Of a stretch of 64,000 nt of DNA, positions 60,285 to 64,000 are shown one piece after another. A program made the position numbers and the translations under genes. Origin of the DNA: Nemertoderma westbladi. Lineage: Eukaryota; Animalia; Xenacoelomorpha. The notes beneath the pieces were generated by a model, which saw only the letters and a program-made list of their open reading frames with translations, did not search any database and was not told the origin of the DNA. Every line of letters begins with the position of its first letter. The first letter of the stretch is position 1. Location of the stretch: assembly GCA_032718475.1 (NCBI GenBank), contig JAUCBJ010006656.1, positions 1 to 64,000 on the forward strand, written 5' to 3'.

Positions 60285-60467
60285 TTAGTTGTAAAGGTCT
60301 TCATCACAGCAAGTTGCGCTACAAGAAGTGTCTTGGGGTACATTAAAGGCGCTTATTGCTGCAGCACAAATGTAGGTCTCTATTGTGTCGCATTCAGTGT
60401 CAGATAGGTGATCTTCTGAGTCTTTAGGTAAACACATCGGCATTGTGGTTGGAATTGATTCCGCCAT
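60285..60467 (-). CDS. Small Cys-rich protein or terminal exon with Ly6/three-finger-like C-terminus (CCDEDLYN)
   Basis: 60 aa with 6 Cys. ACCACCATGG Kozak context downstream of a TTTCAG acceptor. A paralog is at 55868-56048. Confidence 0.45.
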   Translation of the reverse strand: MAESIPTTMPMCLPKDSEDHLSDTECDTIETYICAAAISAFNVPQDTSCSATCCDEDLYN

Positions 60468-60891
60468 GGTGGTCTATGGTCATAGTCTGAAATAATAACA
60501 TTGTCGGGAAATAAACCAACAGAGCAATACATTTCAAACACAAGAAATAAAATAAAAATAAACTAGAAAGCCATCAAGATGGCTTTAAAAGAAACTGCCT
60601 TTTGGGACTCAGAATAAGCGCTAACTTTCCCGAGTGCCAAACTCTTATAATAATAGATACGCATCCACTCGATCCGTGCATTCGAGGGAGCATGTTTATC
60701 TTTAAGTGAAACCAATTTTTGTGACAATTCTGGTGATAATTAATTGTCATTTATAATGGTTGCGAGATAAAAACATTCTAACAAGAACTAAAATATTAAA
60801 ACGTTGTTCCTTTTTGTTGTTTCAGTTGGTTTTTATCGGAAGTGTATTGATTATAAAACAATAATATTAATTAATCTATATCTTTCATATT

Positions 60892-61222
60892 TACTACTAC
60901 TACTACTACTACTACTACTAGGATCGGCATGCTGCATTGCAACTGCATTTTTAAGAATGCTGTGCCTGCTTGTCGACAAAATTGCGCCGCCACAACTCCC
61001 TAATCACCCATGACATTTGATCGATCATCCGCATCTTTAAGGCCAGTGTCCTTTAAGATGCGTCTCAAGAAAGTCATGGGCTGTCAACCATGCTTATTCA
61101 CTCCATGAGGCTGCCAAAGTACAAGATTATGCACTGGCTGGTCCTCACGGCGAAAGCAATGTCCTGCAAAGCGGAGGCGATTTTGTTCTAGTGTCAAGCT
61201 TGGGGGAACCAATGAGACACCT
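60892..61222 (-). mobile_element. RTE family B short 3' copy with (TAG)n tail
   Basis: Matches 50601-50920. Confidence 0.9.
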
Positions 61223-61719
61223 ATGTTATTGGATAAATAATGTCATATTTATTAAGACAACAACAAACACAGATACAGAACACAGACAGACAGACACAGA
61301 ACACAGACAGGCTATAGAAAAAATTTATTATGATCTTTTCTTTGGATCTGATTGGATACTGATTATTAAATCTTGCAACGTAACAGTAACGAGAAACAAT
61401 TCAAATAAATATAAATACTGCTGTATGTATAGAATACCAAGTTATTGATACACATTAATAATTACATTAATAATAATTACTGCCGCCAACTACCAAATTA
61501 ATTAAAACTGAAATTAAAACATTACAGAGAAGGATTAAATCAACAAATCACATTAATTTATCTTTAATTTATCTTTATCACAATTTTTGTACATTATTTA
61601 TAATCAGTTGAGATACACGTTCGTGGGGCCTTCGCGCAGCATGAGAGCTTATATTAGAAAGTACATTATACTAATCTCTATCATATATACGAAAAAAATA
61701 TGAGCAAAGGCGAAGCCTC

Positions 61720-64000
61720 TGTAAAAGCTTTTGTGGGATAACTGATACGTTTGCCTTTGCTGGCCAGTTCCCCCCCAGTCGCTAGAATACTCTCAAAGGG
61801 ATTTATAACTAAAATAGTGCAAGCTACCAGCTTATTGGCTGATGTGCTGTACGGAGATATCTGGGCTCAGTTTAATCGGCCAACTAGCTTAGAGAGGTTG
61901 CCTTAGCCTTGCTGTTCGTGTCGGCCAATAGAATTTGCGTAGGCGTTGATTTCGACCTATCCCAGCGCTACTGAACTGAATTTCCTATCTCACTGCTCAT
62001 CCTCTGTGTTGGACGGGAGCTTCGGGGAATAAGAGTTTTTGGTATACTCGTATAGTGGTAGTAGTCATATGATTTTATATGATTCTGTTGTTGTGTTCCC
62101 ATTTTCGCCATAACATCGGCTTTTTGGGAAGAACTCTAGTAAAACTGCTTAAATTATCTTTAAGTATAAACTGTTACCTAACCGAACTACCGATCAATCT
62201 AATCAATCAACCTACCTATTAATCATATTGTTTGTACTGTTATTTACTGTCAGTTATTAATTGTACCTATTTGTTGATGGAAATATTGCTCTTTGGATAA
62301 TACGGATAAATCACCCAAATTTCCCAATTTTCTTGATACACTACAGGTTAGAGAGACCGGCTATACATAACAATTGCGATTTATATCAATGTGGTGTGTA
62401 TTGAATCTAATGTTATTTAGCAGACACTACATGAGTCAATTACTGCTCTCTTTATGTGTGATCAAATATACTGACGGTCGGCAGAATAGTGTGTATGATT
62501 GTGATTGGTAACAAAGTATTTCCTAAAGAATACGCTTTATACTTTAATCATAAGCGGTATCGTTGCGTTTTAGTATAAGTCTTAGTTCTGTTTAAATAGA
62601 TAAAGCGCCACGTCCTAAAGGAACTGTTAATATTTCCCGAAAGCCAATAATATCTGTCAGAGATTAATTATTAACGATCTATCGAATAATACAGTAGGTA
62701 TACACTGCAACCTTACACTGCAATAATACAATTTAAGCATCCGAATTCAGCCTCCCGGGTGTAGATCCATCGGGTGAATGATCGCGCATGGGCTGCCTTC
62801 GGCTAATGTTTTGCGTATTAGCATAAAATATTGTCGTATGCTAAAGGTGTTTTAATTAACTAAAAGACATATAAATTTTGGCAGGTTAAACTGCTAAAGG
62901 TCTTCAAAAGCGCGAACAGTAACAGTTTAGAATCTTATTGCAGTAGGCAATAAGGTTGAAAAAATACCGTAGTGACTGGTAAAACTGAACCGGTGCTTCT
63001 GTAGGTCAGTAGGCCTAACTGTCATCACCGGTACCGGTACTGCTGTACAAGTACATTAGCATTATTCGATTTTGATTATTGTATACCGGTAGGTCTTGGT
63101 ACTTAATCAGGGAACGGCCGCCCTGATTTTTATTTGAGATTCTACTTATTTCTGTCGGTTTTATTTACTAGTAGGCTAATATTGAGCAGAAGGCGTGTAA
63201 CCCTGCTCAGATTGTTCAGATAATTGTAGGCTGAGCTGCTGTCTGACTGTTGTTGAGTTTGGAGAGATTACGGCGTGTGTAGAGTTTGTCTGATAAAGTG
63301 CCGTTAGTAAGTTGGGGCAGCCATATGCTGTAAGGTCAATCCCCTCTTAAAGAATAAGTCGTACTACCGTGTTAGAACGCATACTAACTAACAGTTTCAG
63401 AGTCTGCATATACTGTAGTTTATTTAGGCTTGATCATAGTCTGCCAGTGTTTTAGCCTGTGTTTGTTTGTGTGGTCTGTTCAGGTACCGTAATAGTTATT
63501 ACTCAGATATTTTGTAGGCTAGATTGTTGTCTAGCTATTCTTAGGCCTGAAGGGATTGCTGCGTGTGTAGAGTTGGTCTGATAAAGTGCCGTTAGTAAGT
63601 TGGGGCAGCCATATGCGGTAAGGTCAATCCCCTCTTAAAGAATAAGTCGTACTACCGTGCTAGAACGCATACTAACTAACAGTTTCAGAATCTGCACATA
63701 CTGTAGTTTGTTTAGGCTTGATAGTAGTCTGCCAGCGTTTGGTTTGTATTTTTGTTTGAGTATTCTGTACGGGTAGCGTAATATTTATTATTCAGAGTTT
63801 ATGCGATTATTCGCAACATTCATGTCCCCAAGTTTATTCCTACAGTAATTGTGCTTGTTATACATACCGTTATAGTTAAATTAACTCCGGTACTACACGG
63901 GCTGCTTGGCGTAGGACAAGACTGGTGACTTTGTGCTCTAGTCACTCCAGCAGATGCCGTGGTTCTTTTAACTGTTCAAGTATATTTAACTACTGATTAT
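61720..64000 (+). mobile_element. Second, diverged BEL-family element: 5' LTR (61720-62918) and leader, continuing beyond the window
   Basis: Same termini TGTAAAAGCTTTTG...GCGCGAACA, homologous 3' LTR half, homologous leader with the ~290-bp duplication. The PBS-position sequence GTAACAGTTTA (62919-62929) is complementary to 62167-62177. Confidence 0.9.

Overview
This is AT-rich eukaryotic (probably invertebrate animal) DNA, dense in transposons. It is not prokaryotic. Mobile elements: (1) a very young 12.8-kb BEL/Pao-type LTR element (2914-15719, GTAAT target-site duplication [TSD]) with an intact Gag-protease ORF but no RT or integrase, plus a diverged relative starting at 61720; (2) two decayed Gypsy elements, one cut in half together with a LINE by a ~4.8-kb inversion; (3) nested RTE-type LINEs, a tRNA-derived SINE, MITE-like repeats and several minisatellites. 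Host genes: a tandemly duplicated small secreted-peptide gene (signal peptide + CYHPLCP ring), an intronless nAChR-like pentameric channel lacking both Cys-loop cysteines, and two small Cys-rich Ly6-like paralogs. The strongest novel signal is in both BEL elements. Neither has a tRNA primer-binding site (PBS). Instead the 11-12 nt immediately after the 5' LTR are perfectly complementary to a homologous site inside their own LTR, with compensatory changes between the two elements. This suggests Tf1-like self-priming in a BEL/Pao lineage, and the leader also carries a duplicated covarying RNA structure. All comparisons were made by eye, and family assignments rest on remembered motifs, not database searches.
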